From positions 128,001 to 192,000 of IMG/VR virus record IMGVR_UViG_3300035498_000530: a stretch of 64,000 bases of DNA. One strand, written 5' to 3'. This document shows positions 49,130 through 59,903 of this stretch, one piece after another; the first letter of the stretch is position 1; the number at the start of each line of letters is the position of its first letter. The stretch comes from a virus (lineage: Duplodnaviria; Caudoviricetes). The position numbers and the translations under genes are program-made. A model generated the notes under the pieces. It was given only the letters and a program-made list of their open reading frames with translations. It was not told where the DNA came from and did not search any database.

Positions 49130-51312
49130 TATTCATCACCATTCAACCAAACCTCAGAAGTTACTAATTCTGGATTTGTAATTAATTCTATAGGACTTAT
49201 AGGCCTATGTTTCTTAGTACTCTTTGGCTTTTCATAGTCTATATCATTTTGTGGATGTACTTTGACAAAATCATCATACATACTAGAACCATGTTTTTTG
49301 AATGTCAAAGGAGATACTAAATTCTTAGAGAACTTTTGATACATAAATGACTTTATTGGAGATGGATTCATCATCAATGCTTGATCCAATGTCAATATAG
49401 TATAATCCTCATTAGGATTTTCCCAATTAGGCATCATAAATACATCATTAGCAGATCTCATTTGATTAGATAATAATACTTCATAATGAATTGCCATAAC
49501 TGAAATATTACATTCCATCTGAGTCTGAATCATTTCTTGTAAGATCTGATTTTTATCCATAGATGTTGTTACATCTTTCTTATTGAGAATATCACTAATC
49601 CTATACAATGAACGACTAAGTTCATTATTCTGAATCTTGATACAGAAGATATCTACACCTTCAAGTTCACTTAATGGTATTATTATCTTATCACCATCAA
49701 TACCTTTACCATATTCTCTGATAGCTCTATTCAAATCACTAGTTATATAAAGTTTATCCTTTTCTTTAGTAGTGATTGGATATTCATTAACGCCATCTAT
49801 TATAGTAAATCTTGTTACATACTCATTGTATACTTCGCTATATCTTGAGTTCATAGCATATTCATCATAATCCTCAAGTTTTTCTGACATAGAATATGCT
49901 GCTTGTGCATACTCATCATCATTTTCCAATTCGATATCACTCTTATAAACCTCAAGGAATTGGTTTTTAATATATTCGCAGTCGTTCAATCTTAAGGTAT
50001 TTCCATCAACGGTTATCCATTCTTTAAAACTACCTTCCCAATCCATAGCTACCACAGATGCTCTAAGCAAATGTTTAGCAGAAAGAAGTCTTTGAGTTAA
50101 TATAGAAGTCAAAGACTCTGCTGCATTCTTTCCTGGATTTATATGTCTTAAACTATATGCTAAGTTACCATAGCACTTATAGCATATACCTTTTCCTTTG
50201 GCATGACTAGCACAAGTCATCGGACTTCTGAGATATATAGTCATACCAATGAGATGATAATCATCATCTTTGATAATTCTTTCAACTCCACCTGGATTCA
50301 TTCTATACCATCTATCTCTAAAGAAAGATAACATTTTTTCTGAAATTATTGTTATCATTATAAAGTTCTTTGTACAGCAATCATAGTGAGGGTCTGGATG
50401 TATTTTTGTATCTACATTATTCAGACCAACTATTCTTGCCAAATGTCCTGAGGTTCCTATATTATCTTTATTGATAATCTGAGCTTGTCTACCTACAGAG
50501 GCATCTATAAAGATATCTTCAAGAGTCTCTAAACCTCTATTCATGAATGATTTATTTATAGAATATTCAAATATTCCTCCATGACCATCTGGTTTAGGAC
50601 CTATATTAACAGCTACTTCTTTAAACTGAGCTGGGTTAATACCTTCACCGGTTCTAAAAGAATCAGCAATACAGAAATCATATCCAAGATATTTCTTTGC
50701 ATCTTTGATATGCTCTATAAGTTTCTTAGTATATTTCATACCAACATCTGGTACATCTTCTATTGGAACATCGCTTAAATCAAGATGCATCAAATCATTG
50801 AATTCTTTATCCTTTTGCATAAGAAAGATAAAGTCTTCATTACACATTGTATTACATAAATACATCTGAAAGTTTGCTATATCCAATAATCTATATATAG
50901 AATCATCTATAGTATTATTTATTATTACTGGATCCAATAATGTTCTATTTGGATCTATATGATTCTTATCTATCCACTCCTTAATAGAATTAGGAGTAAT
51001 ATCTTCTGGGAAATATAAATTATTTGAATGTATTCTTCTTCCTACATTAACTATCATTCCCCAGAGTATCATATTAAACCATAAGTCTTGTATAGTCAAT
51101 CTACAAGGACCTTCTGGAAATATTACTTCTACTTTGACAGATTGGCACCATTCTGTTTCTATACTATCCATCATTATATTCAATATTCCATCAACGTATC
51201 CTTTCCAATTAGAACTATTGACTTCATCTGTTATTATTGTTTGATATCCATAAGTTGCTAATGGAGCCATACAATAATAGTTTTCGTACTTTGTACACGG
51301 TGTCATACTCAT
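49129..51312 (-). CDS. Phage RNA polymerase beta' C-terminal subunit, likely non-virion RNAP
   Basis: Bridge helix SGHLAR; LRSPMTC...ICYKCYG; AAESLTSILTQRLLSAKH trigger loop; early motif at 51336-51353. Confidence 0.88.
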   Translation of the reverse strand: MSMTPCTKYENYYCMAPLATYGYQTIITDEVNSSNWKGYVDGILNIMMDSIETEWCQSVKVEVIFPEGPCRLTIQDLWFNMILWGMIVNVGRRIHSNNLYFPEDITPNSIKEWIDKNHIDPNRTLLDPVIINNTIDDSIYRLLDIANFQMYLCNTMCNEDFIFLMQKDKEFNDLMHLDLSDVPIEDVPDVGMKYTKKLIEHIKDAKKYLGYDFCIADSFRTGEGINPAQFKEVAVNIGPKPDGHGGIFEYSINKSFMNRGLETLEDIFIDASVGRQAQIINKDNIGTSGHLARIVGLNNVDTKIHPDPHYDCCTKNFIMITIISEKMLSFFRDRWYRMNPGGVERIIKDDDYHLIGMTIYLRSPMTCASHAKGKGICYKCYGNLAYSLRHINPGKNAAESLTSILTQRLLSAKHLLRASVVAMDWEGSFKEWITVDGNTLRLNDCEYIKNQFLEVYKSDIELENDDEYAQAAYSMSEKLEDYDEYAMNSRYSEVYNEYVTRFTIIDGVNEYPITTKEKDKLYITSDLNRAIREYGKGIDGDKIIIPLSELEGVDIFCIKIQNNELSRSLYRISDILNKKDVTTSMDKNQILQEMIQTQMECNISVMAIHYEVLLSNQMRSANDVFMMPNWENPNEDYTILTLDQALMMNPSPIKSFMYQKFSKNLVSPLTFKKHGSSMYDDFVKVHPQNDIDYEKPKSTKKHRPISPIELITNPELVTSEVWLNGDE

Positions 51313-51358
51313 TTTCTTTTCCTCCTTTAAGTATTCTAAATATATAATATCTAAATAC

Positions 51359-53479
51359 TCACAGCTTTAAAATGTTTGAATAGTTTATATTAGCTTTATT
51401 AAATCTATAAAGCCCTATACTATCCAATGGGAAGTTCTTTATATTATCATTCACAATAGAACTATAATCAATAAACTCGATTATCCATTGTGGTACTGGC
51501 TCTCCAATTGGAAGAGCTACAGAATCTATTTCAGAACTAAACTCAGTATATTCATTCATGAGTTTTATGATTTGCTCATATTTCTTTGGATTATCTACAC
51601 TGAGATGTGCTATATTTTCTCTATTTATAGATACCTTTATGATATCAATAGAATTTCTTGCACTTAAATCTAATGCTTCATATCCTTCATCTCTCAAAGC
51701 ATTATATACTATACTAGCTTTAATACCTTGAATACTCATCGGCTTAGGATAATTATGCATAGCTTTTACTGTTAAAGGCTTATAATAACTCTTATCGCCT
51801 TTTTGAAGCTGAGATATTATACCTTTCTCAAATATAATAAGCTTCTTTAATACTGTCAATGGATTAATCTTATCAACGTCAAGAATATCATCTTTTAATA
51901 TCTTTTGAAGTTGTTTCTTAGCACCCTCTGACAATGTGTTTTTATTTATAGGTAAACCCATTATTGCTAATGACTTAGACTTAGATACTGGATTTCCCTC
52001 TTGGAGTTCTCTGATATCAGCATAGTTTTTCTTACCATCCGTTGCTAATAATCTCTTGAATAAGAACTCATTTTTCATTATTATCATACACTTATGAGTC
52101 TCAGGATCATAGGAATAACTATTCTTTGTATACCTTTCCATATAATCAACTATAAGTGCTGAACCAATATATCCCATTATATTTATAATAGAATGCCTTA
52201 AAGAATCTTGCGGTATAAGATATATAGGATTTTGAAGTCTTTCTTTCTCCAATATCTCATCATCTACAAAACTATAATCTATTTTACCCTTAATTTCTTT
52301 AATAGGATTTATAGTTTCGTAATCACCAAATTCATCTGCCTTAATAAACTTAATAGGATCATATAGCCAATGGGCTATATGAATATCTTCTTCTTTGATA
52401 AGTTCAAGTACAAATCTATACCAAGCATCAAGTGATATGATATTACTATCTGTATCTGTAACTATATCTATTGCTCTTGGCATTATTTCTACTCTATCTA
52501 ATCTATCAATATAATGATGACCATAATATACATATTCCTTTACGATATCCAATACAGTATCCAATTCCACTTTGATTTCTTCTGGTGGTTTATTCGGATT
52601 AAGGAATGGTTTCTTAAGCATCTTAAGAAGATTTATAAGAGATTTCTTCATTGTAGAATTTAGAAAGAAGCTATAAAGATTATTCTTATAATATAATCTA
52701 TTTATATCTTCTTGTGATAAACTCTCAAGAATATTCATAACTATTTGCATATCTTTATCAGTTGGAGTCCAATAGAATCCTGCTGTTGACATAATCTTAT
52801 ACCAACATTCCTCTACTGTTATATCTTCATCTAAGATATCTAAGTCTTTAAATACTCTTTCATTCTTTTCTCCTATGACGTTATGAATGAATGTAATAAT
52901 TTCATTCAACGAACCAAACTTTACGTTATTAGCCAAGAATGATTCAAAGAATAATAAAGATGCAGAAGTATATGATCTACCCTGTGTAGTAGTACTTTCT
53001 GCAACATGCAAGTTATAAAATAAACAATTAGGCTGACCCAATGCACCATATAAGGCATTTGCATCGATCTTTGCCAAAAGCTGAACTAAGTTATATTTCT
53101 GAAACATTTCTGATCCAACCGGATACTTAAACATTTCTTTTTTAGCTTTAGTTCTATTGTCTATAAACTTCTGTAATAATTTTGAGAATGGATTATCCAT
53201 CTCAGAATGATGATACCACATAACACCTGCTGATGTTATGATAGGCTTTCTGTTTTCAAAGTAATTTACAATCTCTAAACCATCTGTATCTACTGTTTGA
53301 TTTAAGTAGTTATTATAGATTTTGAGACTAAAATTCTTAAATCTTTTATTAATAGAATAATCTACTGCTGAGTTTAAAGCTTCATACGACATCTCAGGAT
53401 TATTCAGTTTTAACATGTCTATTGCAATATTTTTATACCTTTGTATTGCACTAGACTCCAAAAAATCTTGTTCATTCAT
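51359..53479 (-). CDS. Family B DNA polymerase, polymerase-domain half of a split enzyme
   Basis: QLLAKIDANALYGALG, TTTQGR, TDTDS, KKNYA; no exonuclease domain or motif A seen. Confidence 0.88.
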   Translation of the reverse strand: MNEQDFLESSAIQRYKNIAIDMLKLNNPEMSYEALNSAVDYSINKRFKNFSLKIYNNYLNQTVDTDGLEIVNYFENRKPIITSAGVMWYHHSEMDNPFSKLLQKFIDNRTKAKKEMFKYPVGSEMFQKYNLVQLLAKIDANALYGALGQPNCLFYNLHVAESTTTQGRSYTSASLLFFESFLANNVKFGSLNEIITFIHNVIGEKNERVFKDLDILDEDITVEECWYKIMSTAGFYWTPTDKDMQIVMNILESLSQEDINRLYYKNNLYSFFLNSTMKKSLINLLKMLKKPFLNPNKPPEEIKVELDTVLDIVKEYVYYGHHYIDRLDRVEIMPRAIDIVTDTDSNIISLDAWYRFVLELIKEEDIHIAHWLYDPIKFIKADEFGDYETINPIKEIKGKIDYSFVDDEILEKERLQNPIYLIPQDSLRHSIINIMGYIGSALIVDYMERYTKNSYSYDPETHKCMIIMKNEFLFKRLLATDGKKNYADIRELQEGNPVSKSKSLAIMGLPINKNTLSEGAKKQLQKILKDDILDVDKINPLTVLKKLIIFEKGIISQLQKGDKSYYKPLTVKAMHNYPKPMSIQGIKASIVYNALRDEGYEALDLSARNSIDIIKVSINRENIAHLSVDNPKKYEQIIKLMNEYTEFSSEIDSVALPIGEPVPQWIIEFIDYSSIVNDNIKNFPLDSIGLYRFNKANINYSNILKL

Positions 53480-53504
53480 TGAAGTTTCCTCCCTTTCTTT
53501 CTTG

Positions 53505-53571
53505 TATTTAAATGTTTTTGGACCTGTATAAACTTAATTAAATCACATTTACTTAGAATAACATTAATGTA
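53505..53571. promoter_or_regulatory. Divergent late-type promoters
   Basis: Minus AACA TTTAAA TA (53505-53516); plus AACA TTAATG TA (53560-53571). Confidence 0.55.
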
Positions 53572-53641
53572 AATGGATATTTATATCTGATTCCAAAAAT
53601 ATAATATATAATATTTTAAATTTTTAAGGAGGAATAATAGT

Positions 53642-54079
53642 ATGGGTTTATTTAATAATACCAAAACTGAAGAAAATATAATGGAAATGGAACTTCAGAA
53701 TCCTAATGAACTTGCTGAAGCCATGATCCTTGACGAACTTTCATTCTTGACAGACGATCAGAAAGAAGAATTCGCTGTATCAGAAGTTTGTACAGAGCTT
53801 ATTGAAGAAGGCCTTCTTAAGAGACAGTCTGTAGTAAGACTTACAAGAAATGATGACCTTTCTAGAAGAATGAAGCTTGCTGCGTTCCAGCTTGCTAAGG
53901 AAAGACAGGATCCACTCTGGTCAATGCTTGTAAAGAACAGAGTAAAAGAAAGAGCTCTTATTGGTAAAATTATGCAGAAATACCGTGGTCAGGCAGGCAA
54001 AGCTGCTAAGGTTTCTCAGAAGACTTATATCAAAGGCAAGTTGCCACTTTCAATGCTTAGACCTACAAAGATGGGCTAA
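53642..54079 (+). CDS. Small abundant virion-like protein (acidic N-half, basic C-half)
   Basis: MGLF N-terminus; IEE-G junction; biased codons; own terminator. Confidence 0.6.
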   Translation: MGLFNNTKTEENIMEMELQNPNELAEAMILDELSFLTDDQKEEFAVSEVCTELIEEGLLKRQSVVRLTRNDDLSRRMKLAAFQLAKERQDPLWSMLVKNRVKERALIGKIMQKYRGQAGKAAKVSQKTYIKGKLPLSMLRPTKMG

Positions 54080-54089
54080 TACTTAACTA

Positions 54090-54121
54090 GAGGATGAAGT
54101 TTATCTTCATCCTCAATTTTT
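54090..54121 (+). terminator. Intrinsic terminator/attenuator before terminase
   Basis: GAGGATGAAG/CTTCATCCTC. Confidence 0.6.
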
Positions 54122-54137
54122 ATATGGAGGTGTCATT

Positions 54138-56315
54138 ATGCCAAATATTGGATCTCCAATGACATTGACAGTATATCCTCACTTGGAGACTACAAATAAA
54201 TCTTTTTTAAATATGCATTACTTCTTAAAAGAAAAAGGAATTAAGAATAATGCATTTATGCTTGCATTATATGATACTGATCTTGCTGGTATTAATCCAC
54301 ACGATCCTGCATTGAATTTTGTAATGAAGCAGAAGATACATATAGAATGCCAAAGAAACTATTGGTATTTCTTAAGAGAATGTGTAAGAATACCTGTTTC
54401 TGGCGCTACTGGTGGTGGTGCTAAATATGAACTCCACCGAGGAAACTTAGCATTTAATTTTTGTTCTTGTTTGAATCTTAATATATTCTTTGAGATTCCA
54501 AGACAGCAATATAAGACAGTATCTGCTTTATGTAGATACTTATATTTGTTTAACTTTGGTACTACTAATTCTGAGATATCATTCTTGCATATACAGATGA
54601 AGTACTCTAAGGCAAACTTACAAGCTTTTAAAGAATTAAGAGAATCTCTTCCATCTTATCTTAGAATGGATCAACAATTCTCTAGTAGAGACGGTCGTAA
54701 ATTAAAAGCCCCAAATACAACAGAATCATTACAACACCCATTTGCTAACAACAAGATTAGAACTGTAGCATCTGCTAGATCAGAGCAAGCAGCAGCAAAC
54801 CTCCTCAGAGGTCGTTCTCTTCCATTGATTTGGGCAGATGAGTGGGCATTTATACCATATAACAAAACCATATATTCAAATACAGCACCTGCATTTAAGA
54901 CTGTTGCTGATATTGCTAAAAGAAATGGTACAGCATATGGTATTCTTATTACAACAACTCCTGGATTCTTGACTACAGATGAAGGACTTTCAGCTTTCAA
55001 TATGAAAGAGAATGCTACTAAGTTTGATGAATCCTGGTATGATATGAATTATCAACAATTGACTCAACTACTTGAGGCAAATGTAAATTCAGATTTCGTA
55101 TATATAAGATTTACTTATCAGCAATTAGGACGTTCAGAAGAATGGTTTAGAGAAATATGCAAACTTATGCTTTCTGGTGGTGCTACATGGGCTGATATCA
55201 GAAGAGAAGTTCTTCTTGAATGGTCTAATAGTGTTAATAATTCTCCATTTACCCAAGAGCAAATGGAAATTGTTTCTCAGCTTACTAGAGAACCTAAGAA
55301 GAGAGTACTTCTTCTCGGTAAATATTACTTTAATATATATCAAGAGATCGATACAAAGAGAGTAATTCCTATAATGGGTGTCGATGTATCTGGTGGTTAT
55401 AATCGAGATTCATCTGCTATTACTCTTATTGATCCAGCCACAACTAAAGTATTTGCTGACTTTAATTGTAATTATATTCCTACGGATGAATTGTCACTTG
55501 TTATTTTGGAAATATTAAAGATGCTTCCAGCTGGATGTGTAATTAATATAGAGAGAAATGGTGGTTTCGGTGCATCTGTCATAGGAAACTTGCTCAAGAC
55601 TAGAGCAAAGAAATACTTATATTTTGAGATGAAAGAAAGAGAGTTAGAAGAAACCGTACAGACTATAAGAAGCAAAAAGAGAAAACAGCTTGTTAAAGTA
55701 TATGGTTTCGATAACACCAAAGATTCCAGAAATCTTCTTATGGATATTCTTAGAGATCGTATGGAGAACCATAAAGATAAATTTGTGTCTAAGAAGATAT
55801 ATGAAGAGCTCTTAGGTCTTGAATATAAGAAAAACGGAAGAATTGATCACTCATCCAATACCCACGATGACCAAATATTCTCATATCTTCTTGCATTATA
55901 TGTATGGTATTATGGTGTAAATCTTAAGGAAGATTTCCATATAGATAAACGTGATCTTGTAACTGATAGCGATTCTATAGATGAAGTTATCACATTTGAA
56001 GAAAAGAAAACAGATATTCTTAAAGATATGTATACTCATCCAGCTATATCTACAAAGCTTAAAGAAATGGAATCTGCTAAAGGTATGCTATATCATGAAT
56101 GGGAAGCACAGCAGAAAAAAGAAGATGAAGAAGCATTGAGATCTTTATTATCTCAAGATCATATACGAAGAGTATATGAAGATAAGTATGGATATGCTGA
56201 AGGAGAATTAGATAGAGAATATAAGAATAATGAGGAAATGATATATAAGAGTATATATGCAGATCTTGATAACGCAGATTATGAATATGATAATATTGAT
56301 TATCTAGAAGAATAG
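54138..56315 (+). CDS. terL: Terminase large subunit
   Basis: PRQQYKT Walker A, IWADEWAF Walker B, TTTPG, nuclease GVDVSGG, IERNGGFG, HDDQIFS. Confidence 0.92.
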   Translation: MPNIGSPMTLTVYPHLETTNKSFLNMHYFLKEKGIKNNAFMLALYDTDLAGINPHDPALNFVMKQKIHIECQRNYWYFLRECVRIPVSGATGGGAKYELHRGNLAFNFCSCLNLNIFFEIPRQQYKTVSALCRYLYLFNFGTTNSEISFLHIQMKYSKANLQAFKELRESLPSYLRMDQQFSSRDGRKLKAPNTTESLQHPFANNKIRTVASARSEQAAANLLRGRSLPLIWADEWAFIPYNKTIYSNTAPAFKTVADIAKRNGTAYGILITTTPGFLTTDEGLSAFNMKENATKFDESWYDMNYQQLTQLLEANVNSDFVYIRFTYQQLGRSEEWFREICKLMLSGGATWADIRREVLLEWSNSVNNSPFTQEQMEIVSQLTREPKKRVLLLGKYYFNIYQEIDTKRVIPIMGVDVSGGYNRDSSAITLIDPATTKVFADFNCNYIPTDELSLVILEILKMLPAGCVINIERNGGFGASVIGNLLKTRAKKYLYFEMKERELEETVQTIRSKKRKQLVKVYGFDNTKDSRNLLMDILRDRMENHKDKFVSKKIYEELLGLEYKKNGRIDHSSNTHDDQIFSYLLALYVWYYGVNLKEDFHIDKRDLVTDSDSIDEVITFEEKKTDILKDMYTHPAISTKLKEMESAKGMLYHEWEAQQKKEDEEALRSLLSQDHIRRVYEDKYGYAEGELDREYKNNEEMIYKSIYADLDNADYEYDNIDYLEE

Positions 56316-56320
56316 CTATT

Positions 56321-56357
56321 CTGGGAAGGCTTATAGTAGTCTTCCCAGGTTTATTTT
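56321..56357 (+). terminator. Intrinsic terminator
   Basis: CTGGGAAGGCT/AGTCTTCCCAG plus T tract. Confidence 0.65.
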
Positions 56358-56407
56358 ATACATATTATCAAACTTTATATTAAAAATTTATATAGGAGGA
56401 TAATATT

Positions 56408-57193
56408 ATGAGTCAATTTGCATCAAATAACTATGAATATAATATTATGACAGAATCAGAAGTATCATCTATATTAGATCATTTTGATGATAATTTATTA
56501 ATGGATGTCGTCCATAGATATCTAGAAACAAAGATGAATAATTATATTAGTAGACCAAATATAATCAATAGTCTTGAAAATAATTTTAAGCATTTGCTTG
56601 TTACATTCCCTGAAAAGAAAGAGGAAATAGAACAGACAAGAATAAACACGTATGAAAAGATTATAGATACATTATGCTCTGAGTGTAATGTATCATTTAA
56701 TTATCGTGATGATATGGATTATTTCACATGTGCTCAATATATGTGGGATTTTCTAGCATGTAACTTTAAAGATTATTTAGTTCTTTTCTTTACTAAATTC
56801 ATTAGTCAGGAAAAAGATTCTATATATAATGCTCTTAAGTTAGATAAATATAAGAAGTCTAAAGATAGTAGTACAATATATGGTAAGAATAATTATGAAG
56901 ATCAGCAGATTGCTATTATAGCAGCCAATATAGCAGAAGTATTAAATTATATTAAAGGATTTGATATTTCGTTAGAAAATATTTTACACTTCTGCTATGA
57001 TCGAGCAAGAGCAAACTTTATATCTTCAATTATAATTGATAATGATGGTCAGTTCTATACTAAAGTTTATTATACTGCATTGGAAGCAAACTTTGGAGAA
57101 GTTATAACGGATCTTAGATTATCAATTCAGAGAGAATATGCTAATAATCTATCTGCATCATTTTATACTAATACAACACCAACGGAGGATTAA
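56408..57193 (+). CDS. Hypothetical late protein
   Basis: GGAGGA RBS; AACT TTATAT TA at 56371-56382. Confidence 0.75.
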   Translation: MSQFASNNYEYNIMTESEVSSILDHFDDNLLMDVVHRYLETKMNNYISRPNIINSLENNFKHLLVTFPEKKEEIEQTRINTYEKIIDTLCSECNVSFNYRDDMDYFTCAQYMWDFLACNFKDYLVLFFTKFISQEKDSIYNALKLDKYKKSKDSSTIYGKNNYEDQQIAIIAANIAEVLNYIKGFDISLENILHFCYDRARANFISSIIIDNDGQFYTKVYYTALEANFGEVITDLRLSIQREYANNLSASFYTNTTPTED

Positions 57194-57198
57194 GATAA

Positions 57199-58221
57199 AT
57201 GAATAATATATTAGATGAAAAAACAAAGTCAGAAATGAATGCATTTAAGAAATTGTCAGAGGAAGTAATGGGTACTACTCTTGATGATTTGGAAGAAGAA
57301 TCCAAACAAGAAGAATATAATGTGGAAATGGCTACAGAAGAACAGAAAACAGAAGAACTTAAAAATACACTTAGTTCTGATTATGGTTTATCTGATAATG
57401 ATGTAGCTTCAATGATAAATATAATTAAAAAGCAAAAACAAGGAAAAGAAATTGAAATGAGAGATCTTCCTTTCTCTATGCAATCTCTTATGTCAAAGCT
57501 TTGTGTTGAGAATGGTATTTCAGGTCAGAATAATATAAATTCTTTTATTAATGATACGCTTGAGAATATTAATTTTGGTGCTACTGTAGATGCTGAAATT
57601 AATAATTTCAATAGTATAATTCAGAAAGAATTCCAAATGGATGGTATGGATCTTGTTGGAGAATACTCTACAAAGATGAAAGAATATTATGAAGTAACCA
57701 TACTTGAAAATGCTAAGAAAGCAGAGGAAGATGGTAATATAGAAAATGCTGAAAAACTTAGAAATATGTCTAAAGTATTTACTAAGTCATATAAGTATGA
57801 TGAAATAATGGAAGCATTTAAGAAAGATAGAAAAATGAAAAAGAAAGTATTCTCAAAGAATACTGCTTCTACTTATGGTGAATGCTGTCTTAACTATAAT
57901 ATTCTTATGAAGAATCATTCAGATCTTATAGTAAGAGACGCAGCAGAAGCCGGTAATGGATTATTTAAACATGTAGATACAGATATTACAAATATAGATA
58001 TAGCTAAATTTATTATAGCTATATGCACTTTTATTGAAAGATATCTTAATATTGTATCTAACAAATTTGATATGGTTTATGCTTACTATCTTTTAACTCA
58101 TCTTATGAATCTTAATGAAGCTTCAAAAGATAATATAAGTGAATTTGATAAAGAAATTATTAATAATGCTACAAATTGTATTAGAGAGATAAAGAGAGTG
58201 GAAGAGGAAACATTAAATTAA
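57199..58221 (+). CDS. Hypothetical protein
   Basis: 340-aa ORF, GGAGG RBS. Confidence 0.75.
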   Translation: MNNILDEKTKSEMNAFKKLSEEVMGTTLDDLEEESKQEEYNVEMATEEQKTEELKNTLSSDYGLSDNDVASMINIIKKQKQGKEIEMRDLPFSMQSLMSKLCVENGISGQNNINSFINDTLENINFGATVDAEINNFNSIIQKEFQMDGMDLVGEYSTKMKEYYEVTILENAKKAEEDGNIENAEKLRNMSKVFTKSYKYDEIMEAFKKDRKMKKKVFSKNTASTYGECCLNYNILMKNHSDLIVRDAAEAGNGLFKHVDTDITNIDIAKFIIAICTFIERYLNIVSNKFDMVYAYYLLTHLMNLNEASKDNISEFDKEIINNATNCIREIKRVEEETLN

Positions 58222-58244
58222 TAATTTAAAAAGGAGGTTATATA

Positions 58245-59804
58245 ATGACCGCATTAGATCAAATTCTTAAAGAGGATATGGAATCACAGGATCATATATC
58301 AATAATGCTTGATGATAATGAAGGGATAGATTCATTTATTTCTGATCTTGAAGCAGAAGAACTTGAAAGTGAGATATGTCCATTATGTGGTAAATCTCTT
58401 ATTGACTGTGAATGTGAAGATAGTTCAGAAGAATATTATTATGAAGAAGAACTTCCAGATGAACTTAATGAAATAGATGATAGTTTGTATGAGTTTGCTG
58501 AGGTATCATCAAAAAAATCTAATGCCCTTAATGAAGCTTACTTCGGAAAGACTAAAGAAATTCTTGAATGCCAATCTTTGTTAGGGGCTATAAGACAAAA
58601 ATATTCTGGATCTGCTTACAATATAAAGATTAATACAGATCCATTGTTACTGGAGTTTAATGAAAAAATAGCTAATATATTTGGATTATATTGTTATGAA
58701 TTATATATTCAGGCTGGTTTAACATATAATGCATATACTATGCCAATATCATATGCTATTGATTATAATCCTAAAAAGGCATTAGCTAATAAAAATGGAT
58801 TTAAATATGATAAAGCTGCCAAATATTCTGTAATGACAGTTATATATCAAGGATTAATGTTTTCAGATAAATTTACCGATGCAGAAATTATGGCAATACT
58901 TCTTCATGAAATGGGGCATAATTTTTCATCTGTAGTTGATGGAGATATTAGAACAATGAATATGGCATTAATAATATATAGCTTATTAGTAGATATAAAG
59001 CATATATTAAATAATTTAATACATTTGACACCTGCTATGGCTCCAATGGCAATTAAAAATGTTTTATTCGATATTGATACTTATATTAGAAAGAATATTA
59101 AACCATTATACTATATTAATGGTATATTTGATGATATATCTGCAATAATCGGAGATATTGTAAATAATATAAGTGGTGTAATAGACTTTGCTACATTTGG
59201 TACTTTAAGAGCTGGATTAAAAATTTTGGATGCTCTTAGAGGACAAATTTTATCACTGATAGTGATGTCTTATAAGTATAAAGATGAGAAAATAGCAGAT
59301 AGTATTTCTACAGCTTATGGATATTCTCAAGATCTTCAATCAGCATTGTATAAGATGGAACAAAATGAAGGCGGAATAATAACAAAGAAAGTACTTAAAG
59401 ATATTCCACTTATAGGAGCTGTTCAAGGAGTTTTAGAAATTCCTTCATATGCTATAGTGTATGCTTTAGATGAACATCCTGTATTTATAGAAAGATCAAA
59501 TTCATCTATAAAGTTATTAGAAAGAGAATTATCTAAATCTAATCTAGATCCTAAGATGAGAAAAGTAATAGAAAATGATCTTGATCAATTAAAGAAAAAG
59601 CAAAAAGAATTACTTGATTCAGGTAAAGGCCTTAAAGATAACATGTATGCTAAAAAGATATATTGGTCATGGCTTTTAGGTAATTTTGATGGTGATATAA
59701 AGCATAATATATTTGATTCTGATTATGTAACAGACAAATTAGATTCATCTTATAATAGAGCACAAGAAAGAAATACAGAAATAAATAAGGTTAAACTTAT
59801 TTAA
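58245..59804 (+). CDS. Zinc metallopeptidase-like virion protein (HExxH, M48-like) with acidic propeptide
   Basis: LLHEMGH; DEKIADSISTAYGYSQDLQSALYK; EHP; LNE-A site; promoter AACA TTAAAT TA at 58209-58220. Confidence 0.7.
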   Translation: MTALDQILKEDMESQDHISIMLDDNEGIDSFISDLEAEELESEICPLCGKSLIDCECEDSSEEYYYEEELPDELNEIDDSLYEFAEVSSKKSNALNEAYFGKTKEILECQSLLGAIRQKYSGSAYNIKINTDPLLLEFNEKIANIFGLYCYELYIQAGLTYNAYTMPISYAIDYNPKKALANKNGFKYDKAAKYSVMTVIYQGLMFSDKFTDAEIMAILLHEMGHNFSSVVDGDIRTMNMALIIYSLLVDIKHILNNLIHLTPAMAPMAIKNVLFDIDTYIRKNIKPLYYINGIFDDISAIIGDIVNNISGVIDFATFGTLRAGLKILDALRGQILSLIVMSYKYKDEKIADSISTAYGYSQDLQSALYKMEQNEGGIITKKVLKDIPLIGAVQGVLEIPSYAIVYALDEHPVFIERSNSSIKLLERELSKSNLDPKMRKVIENDLDQLKKKQKELLDSGKGLKDNMYAKKIYWSWLLGNFDGDIKHNIFDSDYVTDKLDSSYNRAQERNTEINKVKLI

Positions 59805-59809
59805 ATATC

Positions 59810-59842
59810 AGAGGATTGGATATTTCCAATCCTCTATTTTTT
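59810..59842 (+). terminator. Intrinsic terminator
   Basis: AGAGGATTGGA/TCCAATCCTCT plus T tract. Confidence 0.75.
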
Positions 59843-59903
59843 GTCTTAGACAAGCTACCTATAATGATCAACATTCATATAATAAAAATAAAGGAGTGAT
59901 ATT

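Noticed and set aside
18385-56315. Group I introns or inteins in RNAP, DNA polymerase, helicase or terminase
   Set aside because: ORFs are continuous and no intein splice motifs or intron-sized gaps were seen
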